Positions 9,300-18,037 of a DNA stretch of 51,074 nt are shown here, one piece after another. The stretch spans positions 1 through 51,074 of the forward strand of contig JBCCQY010000053.1 of NCBI GenBank assembly GCA_039208735.1. The letters run 5' to 3'. How positions within the stretch are numbered: the first letter of the stretch is position 1; each line of letters begins with the position of its first letter. The notes under the pieces were generated by a model. That model was not told where the DNA came from and did no database searches. It was given only the letters and a program-made list of their open reading frames with translations. A program made the translations under genes and the position numbers. The DNA is from Myxococcota bacterium. Its GTDB lineage: Bacteria; Myxococcota_A; UBA796; GCA-2862545.

Positions 9300-10991
9300 T
9301 CAGGGTTCGGCAGCCCCATCGGTAGGGTCTGAGGGGCGAGGTACCGGTTCGAGAAAGACGAACTGAACGCGACGATTTCGAGTCCGTCCGCCTGCGGTTC
9401 GATTCGTGAACCGTGGTTTCGATTCGCCATAGCCCTTTGCCACCAACCGCTCGCTCGGTACGCCTTGGGCCACAAGATAGGCCACCACCGCGTTCGCCCG
9501 TTTCTGGGACAACCGGAGATTGTAGGTTCGCGGTCCCACATTGTCGGTGTGACCTTGCACCTCAACCCGACCCACCCCGGGGTTTGCGATAAGGACGGTG
9601 GCCACTTCGTTGAGCATCTGCCGGGAGGAATTCGTCAGCTGGCTCGTGCCTTCGGGGAACGGAATGCGATTATCTAGGCGCAATCCAGAATCTGCGACGT
9701 ACACCTTCCGAGGGCAGCCGTCGCTCGTCTCGAGCATCTCATCTGCCGCACGAGGTTCCTCGGGACACTGGTCGATGCCGTCATGAAGCCCGTCGTCATC
9801 TGAGTCCGGGCACCCGTCCCAGTCGGTGGGTCCAGCGCTTTCGGGGCACTGGTCGTCGAGGTCCCGCAGCCCGTCTTCGTCGGTATCGGGACAGCCTCGA
9901 TGGACGTCGAGACCCGCCAGCACCGGACACTCATCCTCGCCATCGAGCAGGCCATCGGCGTCGTTGTCAGGCTCGGGACAGCCATCATCATCTTCGAACG
10001 AATCCCTGTCCTCGGCTTCGTCGGGACACGCATCTTTGGTGTCCACGAGGGCATCGCCATCGTTGTCGGGATCCGGGCAGCCATCGCCATCTTCGAACGA
10101 ATCGAAGTCCTCCCGGGCCTCAGGACACGCATCGAGGCGGTCCATGACCGTGTCGCCATCGCCGTCGGATCGCCACGCGGTCCACGAAACCCCCGCGAAG
10201 AGCCGGAAACGAGCCGTACCCGCATCCCTCACGAGGCCTGTGCCCACACCCGCGATCAGCCCCAGACCTTGGGCGTTCGACCATTGGCCAAAGCCCTGCA
10301 CATTCACGTTGGTCTGGCCATCGCGGGCGTCGTTGGCCACTGCGCCAAACTGGGCATCCAGATCGGCTCCCACCCGCACTCGGTCGTGGAGGCGGATGGC
10401 CCCGCCGGCGACGGTGCGTGCCGCCAATCCAACCCCGCCGGCCTCCCCTTGCAGCGGCGACGTCTCAGCGATGCGCACACCACCATTCGCTACCCAGCTG
10501 AAGATGCCGGCCGTTCCCCCCAACGCAACCGTCGCGCTGCCTGCGAACCCGCCGCGCACCAAGGCGTTGGCGTTGCCCGTTCCGATGTGGAAACGCGGCA
10601 GGAATCCCAACGCCAGCGGCCCGCCGTCCTCTCCCGCGATCGACCAAAGGGCACCCACCGTTGCGTCACCCAGGGCCGGGCCCGAAAAGTCCGTAAACGG
10701 AACGTCAGCATTGGCGTAGGTCGGCAGTCCGAGGTCGAGCCGAATGCGCTTGGCCGGCGCCCAACTTCCCTGCAGGTGCACCGGCAAGAGTCGAGAGACG
10801 GCGGAAGCATCGCCCTGCAGCACTGGATCGGCGATCCACGCCCCGGTCACCCCGAAGGCCAGGCCCCCTTGTCGCACCGTGGGGGCTTCGCCTTGCAGCG
10901 TGCCATGAAGACGCGACAGCGAAGCCGCGGGTTCGAAGAGATCGACGTCCGCGGCAACGGCGGAACTCAGCAGCACGGTAGCGACGTACAT
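9300..10991 (-). CDS. OmpA-family protein: beta-barrel N-domain, TSP3-like Ca-binding repeats, OmpA_C
   Basis: Signal peptide; D.DGD...D..D.CP repeats; VEVQGHTDNVG..YNLRLSQKRA..V..YL, GYGESKP, NRRVQF. Confidence 0.92.
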   Translation of the reverse strand: MYVATVLLSSAVAADVDLFEPAASLSRLHGTLQGEAPTVRQGGLAFGVTGAWIADPVLQGDASAVSRLLPVHLQGSWAPAKRIRLDLGLPTYANADVPFTDFSGPALGDATVGALWSIAGEDGGPLALGFLPRFHIGTGNANALVRGGFAGSATVALGGTAGIFSWVANGGVRIAETSPLQGEAGGVGLAARTVAGGAIRLHDRVRVGADLDAQFGAVANDARDGQTNVNVQGFGQWSNAQGLGLIAGVGTGLVRDAGTARFRLFAGVSWTAWRSDGDGDTVMDRLDACPEAREDFDSFEDGDGCPDPDNDGDALVDTKDACPDEAEDRDSFEDDDGCPEPDNDADGLLDGEDECPVLAGLDVHRGCPDTDEDGLRDLDDQCPESAGPTDWDGCPDSDDDGLHDGIDQCPEEPRAADEMLETSDGCPRKVYVADSGLRLDNRIPFPEGTSQLTNSSRQMLNEVATVLIANPGVGRVEVQGHTDNVGPRTYNLRLSQKRANAVVAYLVAQGVPSERLVAKGYGESKPRFTNRTAGGRTRNRRVQFVFLEPVPRPSDPTDGAAEP

Positions 10992-11040
10992 GGGGGCTCC
11001 CCCCGCCTCTACGGCAAGGGATCCCGGTTCTTGAGCTGTG

Positions 11041-11571
11041 CTAGCGACGCGGTGGGTACTTGCGAAGCTTGCGCTGCAAGGACTGACGGTGGAGGCCGAG
11101 CCGGCGCGCCGCTTCGCTGATGTTGCCTCCCGTCGAGGCCAGCACATACTCGATGTATTCGCGCTCGTGCCGGGCGAGGCTCGGCGGTTGGTCGGGCACG
11201 ACTACGTTCGGATCTCCGCCCTCCCGTTCGAACGCTTGCTCAATGGCGTCGGGGTCCACCGGCTTCGTCAGGTAGTGCCGAGCCCCAAGCTTCGTGGCTT
11301 CCACGGCCGTGGCAATCGAACCGTAGCCCGTCAGAACCACCGCCTTGATCTGCGGCAGACGTTCCATGAGGTCCTTCAGGACGGCGAGACCCCGCTCTCC
11401 TTCGAGCCTAAGGTCGACCACGGCGAATCCCGGCCGGTGTACGGCCGCAAGCCCCAGCGCCGTGCGATGGTCGGGCGCACCCAGGACCTGGAAGCCCCGG
11501 TCGGTGAACTCGAGTTCCATCGCCTCGCGAAAGGCGTCATCGTCATCCACCACCAACAGCTTCTTTGTCAT
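11041..11571 (-). CDS. regA: RegA/PrrA-family response regulator
   Basis: LLVVDDD, VVDLRL, LTGYGSIATAVEA, YLTKP, Fis-like HTH NISEAARRLGLHRQSLQRKL. Confidence 0.92.
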   Translation of the reverse strand: MTKKLLVVDDDDAFREAMELEFTDRGFQVLGAPDHRTALGLAAVHRPGFAVVDLRLEGERGLAVLKDLMERLPQIKAVVLTGYGSIATAVEATKLGARHYLTKPVDPDAIEQAFEREGGDPNVVVPDQPPSLARHEREYIEYVLASTGGNISEAARRLGLHRQSLQRKLRKYPPRR

Positions 11572-12850
11572 CCAATCCTCCTGCCGCCTCGGGGAACCAC
11601 CAGCGAGCAACTGTGCCCTGGGTGCGGCGTGGCAGGTATTGAAGACCGCCGCCCGCGCCGTCCGCCAACTGACGCGCAACGAAGACCCCGAGGCCCGTGC
11701 CCGTCGCCTTGGTGGTGTAAAAAGGGGTACCGACTTCATCGGCGCCATCATCGGGTAGCCCACATCCGCGATCCGCGACTTCGACCACGCCACAGCCGCC
11801 CTCGCGGAGCAACCGAACGTGCAACGGATCGTCGGACCCAATCTCTTGTTGCGCTTCTCGCGCGTTCTCGAGCAGGTTGGTGAGCGCCTGCTGAAAGGCC
11901 ACCCGCGGAAGTTCGACCAGCAATCCATCGGAAGCGTCATCGACCGCCACTTCGATGGGCGAGCCTTTGCTCCACATGCGCACCGTCTCATCGACCAGGC
12001 GAGCCAGCGGACGACGCTCGATGTCGCCCGCTGCGGGATCGCCTGCGCCCACCAGCAAGCGCCGTACGATCTTGGTGCACCGCTCGAGCTGCTCCTTGGT
12101 CACCTCGACGTCGCGACACGTAGGCTCATCGTCGTGACGTCGACCGATCCGCAACAGCCGAAGACCCATCGTAGACAAAGGGGTGTTCAATTCGTGCGCG
12201 GCCCCCGCGGCCAACGTGCCCACCGCACGAAGCCGATCCACGCGAGCCGTTCGATCGCGAGCCTCGAGAAGCTGGTGCGACCGTCGCCGCAAGGTCGCCG
12301 CGATGCCCACGACAAAGATCGTCACCGACAATGCGGTAATGGCGAAGGCCACCCACTGCCCAAATCGCAGCAACGTAAACTCGTCAAACGCATGACGTTC
12401 GTAGTGCAATGGCAGATGATATAGGTGCAACGTGCTATAGCAGGCGAGCACCATCGCGGCGAACGTTCCCGCATGCCGGGCGGGAAGCATGACCGCGGCC
12501 ATCGCGATGTGGGCCATGTAGAGGGCGGTAAACGGGTTGTCCGGGCCGCCCGCGATGAGGAAGTACACGGTCAACGCCATCGCATCGAGCAGCAGGTTGC
12601 CGAACAGGGCTCCGGTCGTCACCTCGTGATGAAGCGAATGCGCCACGACGATCGAATTCGCAATCGCCAACACGAGCATGACGGCAAACCAAGCGATGAT
12701 GCTGGGCCAACCATCGAGCATCTGAAAGACGAACGCGAACGTCGTCGCCTGAAAAAATAGGGCGACCCAGCGAAGTCGTGAGAGCCAGGTCAGCCAGAGT
12801 TGCCCCTCATCGGAGGCACTCGAAAACAGCGGGGGGCCGAATCTGCGCAT
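11543..12850 (-). CDS. regB: RegB/PrrB-family membrane sensor histidine kinase
   Basis: Several TM helices with GGPDNPF (GGxxNPF motif), H-box AAHELNTPL, QLERC, N-box NLLENA, G-boxes DRGCG and GTGLG. Confidence 0.9.
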   Translation of the reverse strand: MRRFGPPLFSSASDEGQLWLTWLSRLRWVALFFQATTFAFVFQMLDGWPSIIAWFAVMLVLAIANSIVVAHSLHHEVTTGALFGNLLLDAMALTVYFLIAGGPDNPFTALYMAHIAMAAVMLPARHAGTFAAMVLACYSTLHLYHLPLHYERHAFDEFTLLRFGQWVAFAITALSVTIFVVGIAATLRRRSHQLLEARDRTARVDRLRAVGTLAAGAAHELNTPLSTMGLRLLRIGRRHDDEPTCRDVEVTKEQLERCTKIVRRLLVGAGDPAAGDIERRPLARLVDETVRMWSKGSPIEVAVDDASDGLLVELPRVAFQQALTNLLENAREAQQEIGSDDPLHVRLLREGGCGVVEVADRGCGLPDDGADEVGTPFYTTKATGTGLGVFVARQLADGAGGGLQYLPRRTQGTVARWWFPEAAGGLDDKEAVGGG

Positions 12851-14486
12851 GAGGTTCGTCCGTAACCTCGCGGAGGATGCGCCGGGTCCCTGCCGCCATT
12901 GGGCGCAGGGCCCGCGCCTCATCCCAGTCGACCCAGCGCGCGTCAAACTCTTCGGAGCGGGTCGGGTCGGGCTCATGCCAGACCACGAACGTAAAGTTGG
13001 TCACGCGGTAGCCAGGCGAATGTCCGACGATGACCTCGCGTTCTGCGACTGGCGCCCCCTCCACCACGATCCCCGTCTCCTCGAGCAACTCCCGCCGAGC
13101 CGTGTCAACCAAGGACTCCCCAGGGTCTTGAGAGCCGCCGGGAAACGCCCAATACCCTGGCCAAGGCCCCACCAAGCGTTGGCCAATGAGCACCCGACGG
13201 CGAGCCGGATCGATCAACGTCGCGCTGGCCGCAGGTCGCCTTTCGACCTGCGAAGACGGCGGATCGAGCTTTTCGATTTTCGCATACCCCTCGAGGGCCC
13301 CTCCGGTTGGGACGAACCCGCGTTCGAGGAACCAATCGCGGACGGGGCCGTCGGGGGGTACGGCGACCGCGACGCCAGCTTGGTCGAGTCCTCGGGCGAG
13401 TTCATCGCCAAATCCGTGCCGCTGAAAATCGGGGGCCAACCAAGGGGCCATCACATTGTCGGCCACCCACGCGGCCAGTCCGGTAAGGCGGTCATGAACG
13501 AGGATGGGAACCAGCGGCCGAAGGGGATGGGGTTCCCCAATCTCCTGGGTCGCACGGTCGTACTCCGCCACCAGGTCATCGTAGCGAAGCGCCGCGGCCT
13601 CTCCGAGACGAGAGAGTCCCACGATCGCACCTTCGTCGGTCAGAATCGAGAACCCTGCTCCGGTGTAAGCGCCCTCCACGGAGGCCGTAGCCAGAGCCGA
13701 AGCGATGGCATCGCGGGGGAACCGCCCCGGCAAGGTGGGCAACACAAACCCGTTGCGCACCAAGGTCAACTGACGGACCGGCAACGGTGGCCCCTGAACC
13801 TCGACCAACGGCCACGGAAGAGTCGCTTGAGTGGGTTGGGAGGGAGCTCTGGCATGAGCCATGACTTCGGCGACAAGTTGCTCTGCGACCTCTGACTTCG
13901 TCCCAAACACCGAGTGGGCCTCGGTCGCGGTCACGATCGTGCCCGGATGCTGATCGCCGTGGAAATCCTGCAGATCGTTCGCGAAACACAGATCCAGGTC
14001 ATTGTCTCGGATCTGCTTTCGGGCCACGTCGATGAGGGCACTTCGCGGCACGCCCGACAGAAGCTTGAAGCCAACCAGTGTGGTGCGATCCCCACACTGT
14101 TCCCTGAGTGTAGCCAGCAACTTTGGGTTGCGGGTCAGGGTCAACGTCAGCGTCTCGGCCGTCGAACGAATCTTTCCTTCCGTTGGAGCAGGGGAATAGT
14201 CGCTCACCGCGGCCGCCATGAACAGGAGATCCGCCGGTTCTTGAAGCGCTTCCGACAAGGCGGCATCCAGGGATGCGAATCCTTCGAAAGGCACCCAAGA
14301 AACTTCTGGATCGATCCACTCAGGGTGACTGGCCAGCGCTCGGCTGGCAATGAGCACCACCTCGACCCCTCGCCGAGCCAGTGCGTTGGCGCATGCAGCG
14401 CCGAACCGGCCCGTCGAACGGTTGGTGATCACTCGAACATCGTCGATCGGTTCGCTGGTTCCCCCAGCTGTGACCACGGCCCGCAT
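12807..14486 (-). CDS. Phosphopantothenate-cysteine ligase (CoaB-like) fused to a putative GNAT-like segment and a Nudix hydrolase
   Basis: N-term VVTAGGTSEPIDDVRVITNRSTG, AAAVSDY, VGFKL, AND; middle FQRHGFG...FLERGF; C-term Nudix box GGSQDPGESLVDTARRELLEETG. Confidence 0.85.
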   Translation of the reverse strand: MRAVVTAGGTSEPIDDVRVITNRSTGRFGAACANALARRGVEVVLIASRALASHPEWIDPEVSWVPFEGFASLDAALSEALQEPADLLFMAAAVSDYSPAPTEGKIRSTAETLTLTLTRNPKLLATLREQCGDRTTLVGFKLLSGVPRSALIDVARKQIRDNDLDLCFANDLQDFHGDQHPGTIVTATEAHSVFGTKSEVAEQLVAEVMAHARAPSQPTQATLPWPLVEVQGPPLPVRQLTLVRNGFVLPTLPGRFPRDAIASALATASVEGAYTGAGFSILTDEGAIVGLSRLGEAAALRYDDLVAEYDRATQEIGEPHPLRPLVPILVHDRLTGLAAWVADNVMAPWLAPDFQRHGFGDELARGLDQAGVAVAVPPDGPVRDWFLERGFVPTGGALEGYAKIEKLDPPSSQVERRPAASATLIDPARRRVLIGQRLVGPWPGYWAFPGGSQDPGESLVDTARRELLEETGIVVEGAPVAEREVIVGHSPGYRVTNFTFVVWHEPDPTRSEEFDARWVDWDEARALRPMAAGTRRILREVTDEPHAQIRPPAVFECLR

Positions 14487-14547
14487 GGATTACTCCGACT
14501 TCGACCAGGGTCGAAGGCTTGCGACCCCTTTCCCGTCTTATGGACCC

Positions 14548-15327
14548 ATGAAGACTTCCACACCCCTCTCATTCGGGCTGGCCGCCATTTTGGCCAGCGG
14601 ACTGTACGCCGCGCCGTGGGCCCTGATGTGGATCCTCGACCTGGCTCCCCCCGACTTCGAGGTCGAGACCCGGCCGTCTTCCAGCGACGCGGTGTTCATC
14701 CCCATTTCGATGGATGCCCTCGACGACCTCGAAGACGTCGAAGGCGAACTCATCGAAGAAGAGGAGGAGGCAGTGGAGGAGCCAGTGGCTGAGGCCCCTC
14801 CCGAGCCGACCCCGGAAGCTACGGGGACGGCGAAGGGCACGGACGAAGGGAGCGGTGGGGATGACGCCGCCGTCGAAGGAAAGGGCACCGCGACCTTGGC
14901 CAAAGGGGGCAAGGCCGGTGCCGCAAAGCCCCGCCCTCGCGCCCGCCGACGCCGGCGACCCGCCAAATGCCAACTGCCCCATCCGCACATTCGAAAGGGC
15001 GACGATGGAATCATGGAAATCGACCGTTCATTCGTGCGGGCGATGACGAAGAACCTGAAGACCTTCATGTCGCTAGGCTACTCGCGCCCCTACCGCGAGG
15101 ACGGAGTCAAGGGCTGGTACATCTCGGGCTTTGGCTGTGCGAGCCCCGTGTTCAAGGCGGGCTTTCGCCGCAAGGACGTCTTGCTCACGGTCAACGGCAA
15201 GAACACCCGGACGGTGACCGGCGTGTTTCTGCTCTACATGAAGCTCAAAAAGCAGTCGGACTTTGAGGTTCGCCTGCTGCGGCGTGGAAAGAGGCGCACC
15301 CTGAAGTTTCGCGTGGTACCTAGCTAA
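14548..15327 (+). CDS. Membrane-anchored protein with C-terminal GspC-like PDZ-type domain
   Basis: N-terminal hydrophobic segment, acidic/Pro linker, then PYREDGVKGWYI...SPVFKAGFRRKDVLLTVNG...VRLLRRGK. Confidence 0.6.
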   Translation: MKTSTPLSFGLAAILASGLYAAPWALMWILDLAPPDFEVETRPSSSDAVFIPISMDALDDLEDVEGELIEEEEEAVEEPVAEAPPEPTPEATGTAKGTDEGSGGDDAAVEGKGTATLAKGGKAGAAKPRPRARRRRRPAKCQLPHPHIRKGDDGIMEIDRSFVRAMTKNLKTFMSLGYSRPYREDGVKGWYISGFGCASPVFKAGFRRKDVLLTVNGKNTRTVTGVFLLYMKLKKQSDFEVRLLRRGKRRTLKFRVVPS

Positions 15328-16730
15328 CGCCAGAACATCGGGAAGCCTGTGGGCAGGTACCACACGCAAAAGACGAGCAACGCCGGCAACGTGAGCAAGG
15401 CACCCGCGAGGCGCACCGGCGATTGGGTCAACGCCCGCCAGGTTTCCCGGGGCTCGGCGAGCAACACCGCCAGGTATACGCACCACAGCGCTTCTACAGG
15501 CAATCGAAACCGCGTCATGCCGTACATGAGGGCGGTAACGGCCACCGTGTATATCGCGGTCCCTCCAGCCATGTAGAGGTACGGCCCTCTGGCCCGGCCC
15601 CAAGCCGCCAGGGTGCCTCCCAGGGTGAGCGCCAACGTGGTCAGCACGATCCAACCGCAGAGGAACTCCTTGGCCAGCCAGGGGATCCCACGGAATCGAC
15701 CCCAGCGCACGTGTCGCGTCAAAAAGGAGTTCGGATTGAAGAACTGGGCCACCCGGACGGGAATGCGCTCGACAAAAACGTTCGGATGTTCGGCAATCCA
15801 CTTCCGCACCCGCTTGACTTCACAGCGACTCGTTTGCACGGCGGGAAGGTCACGGTCGCACGGCGGACGACCCGTCCGAATGGTTCGCGAGAAGATGCCC
15901 TCGTTGAGCATCCCGATGCCGTAGTCGAACGTGATGGGCGCGTAGTCGTTGTTGCCCAGGTAGAGCACGTGGCCCGTCGTGGCATCGGTGAGCATGAACC
16001 CACCGTGGAGGTTGGACGCGGCAATCGAGTAGGGAGCGATGGTCACAGCCCACACGAGGGCGTAGACCCCAAGCTTCTTGGCATGGACCCGCAACGACGC
16101 CACCCAAGCCGACAAGGGCGGCATCCCCGATTCGCTTTCGGGGAGCAACAACGCGAGGACAAAGAACGGCGGCAGGTAAGTGGCCACGCCCCGAAACAGC
16201 ACCGCGAGGCCCATGCAGAAGCCCAGCCCCGCCGCCCACCACAGGTTGTCACGGTCACGCACCTCGAAGGTCAGCACCACCGCCAACAACAACAAGAACG
16301 TGTAGACAGTTTCGATCCACAGGGTGTTCGTGAACCACGCAATCGTGGGATTGATCGCGAACAGAAGGGCCGCCACCCGACCGACTTGCCTCGAAAAAAC
16401 CCGCGTTCCCAGGTGGTAGAGCAGCACCGTTGAGATCAACGACACGATGACCTGCAGCGCCTTCACCGACTGTGTAGAGCCAAACAGGACCTTCGGCACC
16501 GCGAGGAGGTAGGGGTAGCCGGGCGCCGGGAGCCAGCCGCGAAGCGTCTCGCGCATGCCACCGCCTTCGGCGATGTGGACGGCCATCGAGCGGTAGATGC
16601 ATTCGTCCCGGACGCAGTCGGTGGTCCACCACAGAATCATGGGGAGAACACGCCAAAACAGTGCAATCCCGAGGATGATCCACAACCAACGGTCCGACCA
16701 GGCCGCTCGGCGCGCTTCAGCGGTGAACAT
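15324..16730 (-). CDS. ArnT/PMT-like (GT39/GT83-type) polytopic glycosyltransferase
   Basis: Early DE motif (RDECIY), PGYPYLL, many TM helices, LWIET, RFRLP. Confidence 0.82.
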   Translation of the reverse strand: MFTAEARRAAWSDRWLWIILGIALFWRVLPMILWWTTDCVRDECIYRSMAVHIAEGGGMRETLRGWLPAPGYPYLLAVPKVLFGSTQSVKALQVIVSLISTVLLYHLGTRVFSRQVGRVAALLFAINPTIAWFTNTLWIETVYTFLLLLAVVLTFEVRDRDNLWWAAGLGFCMGLAVLFRGVATYLPPFFVLALLLPESESGMPPLSAWVASLRVHAKKLGVYALVWAVTIAPYSIAASNLHGGFMLTDATTGHVLYLGNNDYAPITFDYGIGMLNEGIFSRTIRTGRPPCDRDLPAVQTSRCEVKRVRKWIAEHPNVFVERIPVRVAQFFNPNSFLTRHVRWGRFRGIPWLAKEFLCGWIVLTTLALTLGGTLAAWGRARGPYLYMAGGTAIYTVAVTALMYGMTRFRLPVEALWCVYLAVLLAEPRETWRALTQSPVRLAGALLTLPALLVFCVWYLPTGFPMFWR

Positions 16731-16734
16731 GGAG

Positions 16735-17964
16735 TTAGGACCTCTCGGCGAAGCTGTTCGCGAACAGCTCCTCGATGGCCTGCCGGCCCGCGTCCGGCAA
16801 CTGTCGCGTTCCCGTTCCGCAGATCTCGTGCGACGTGATGCGAGGTTGGCCGGGGCCGAACCCGCGTCCGTCATGACGATGCCAACGTCCTGAGGGCAGG
16901 TCAAACACCCACAACTCGCGGCTCCACATCACGGCCAACTCCACCGCCCACCCGGTGCCTCCTCGCACCGTTCCATCGTCTTGGATGGCGCCCACGACGA
17001 ACACCTGCTGCGAGCGACTCACCATGTGCCAAATCGTCTGCAGCACGCCGCGAATGAGGCTCTCGCGATCGTGGTAACTGCGATGCAGTCGCTTGCTCAC
17101 GTAGCCAAGCGACACGTCGCCCATCGCGAGTTCGGCTGGCGTCAGCACCGTCTGGCCTTCGGTACGGGCCTGTCGGTGACCTTCGAAGGTGAAGGCCACT
17201 TCACGCACGCCAAACTTCGCGGCCACCTCACCAAAGGCGGATTCCGCACCGGTCGCCCCGCCGGAGTACAGCGTGGACCGTGAAGGGTCGAGAGCGGCTT
17301 GGCCAGGGGCAGTGCCACCCTTCGCCGGCTGCAGCAGCAGCGAGGTCGCATCGAGCCGATGAGGCTCGGCGAGCGAGTCCGGGCGCTCACTCGAGGCCAC
17401 TTGAAGGCCCACCGCGGTTCCTAGGGTGACCAATCGTACGACTCGGTCGGCCAGCGCGGTCACTTCGGGGTCAGGCTCTTGGTTGGGATCGGTCTTGAGG
17501 GTCGCCCACATCGCCAGATTTCGCGCCGAGAGCCGCTCGTGAGTGGCCCGCAGGGTCGCTGGCAAGCCCGGGTCCGCCGCTGACCACCCATCGACGACCA
17601 CCAGTCCTGGGGTCACGTCCGCCCAATCGGCAAGGGTGTCGAGCAGCGCCTCGAGACGGTCAAGGTCGAGCGTCGGGCCCGTTGAGAACACCCGTCGGTG
17701 GCGCTCGGCCAGGATCGCGGCGCGATCCACCCGAATCCGGTCCTTCAACAAGGACAACAGGGCGTCGTGGTGGGCCAACACGTGCGCCACCGACCGATTC
17801 AAGGCCAGATGGACCACCGCCTCACCTCGAAGCAGTCGCGACAGCGATGCGTGCACGACAAACGCCGTCTTGCCAAGGCCTTCGGGGGCGACCACGAAGC
17901 CGAGTTGTTGAGGCTGCAGGGCACCCGCCGCCGTTACGGGATTTCCTTCGTACGGTTCTGGCAT
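16735..17964 (-). CDS. RecA/KaiC-like P-loop domain fused to a SLOG-like domain
   Basis: Walker A-like APEGLGKT, Walker B-like LVVVDG; C-terminal LYSGGATGAESAFG, GGTGWAVELA, CGTGTR. Confidence 0.7.
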   Translation of the reverse strand: MPEPYEGNPVTAAGALQPQQLGFVVAPEGLGKTAFVVHASLSRLLRGEAVVHLALNRSVAHVLAHHDALLSLLKDRIRVDRAAILAERHRRVFSTGPTLDLDRLEALLDTLADWADVTPGLVVVDGWSAADPGLPATLRATHERLSARNLAMWATLKTDPNQEPDPEVTALADRVVRLVTLGTAVGLQVASSERPDSLAEPHRLDATSLLLQPAKGGTAPGQAALDPSRSTLYSGGATGAESAFGEVAAKFGVREVAFTFEGHRQARTEGQTVLTPAELAMGDVSLGYVSKRLHRSYHDRESLIRGVLQTIWHMVSRSQQVFVVGAIQDDGTVRGGTGWAVELAVMWSRELWVFDLPSGRWHRHDGRGFGPGQPRITSHEICGTGTRQLPDAGRQAIEELFANSFAERS

Positions 17965-17977
17965 CCGAAGGCGGCTC

Positions 17978-18016
17978 CAAACGAAAGGAACCCCGAAGGG
18001 TAGGCCCTCCGGGGTC
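17978..18016 (-). terminator. Probable intrinsic terminator after fusA
   Basis: Minus strand GACCCCGGAGGG-CCTA-CCCTTCGGGGTT stem-loop followed by CCTTTCGTTT, about 20 bp after the fusA stop. Confidence 0.75.
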
Positions 18017-18037
18017 GTTAGTGGCGAGAAATCTGCG

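Noticed and set aside
9900..11883. Long plus-strand ORFs (406 and 281 aa)
   Set aside because: Antisense shadows of the OmpA and regA/regB genes with no motifs; the same applies to most other overlapping ORFs in the track
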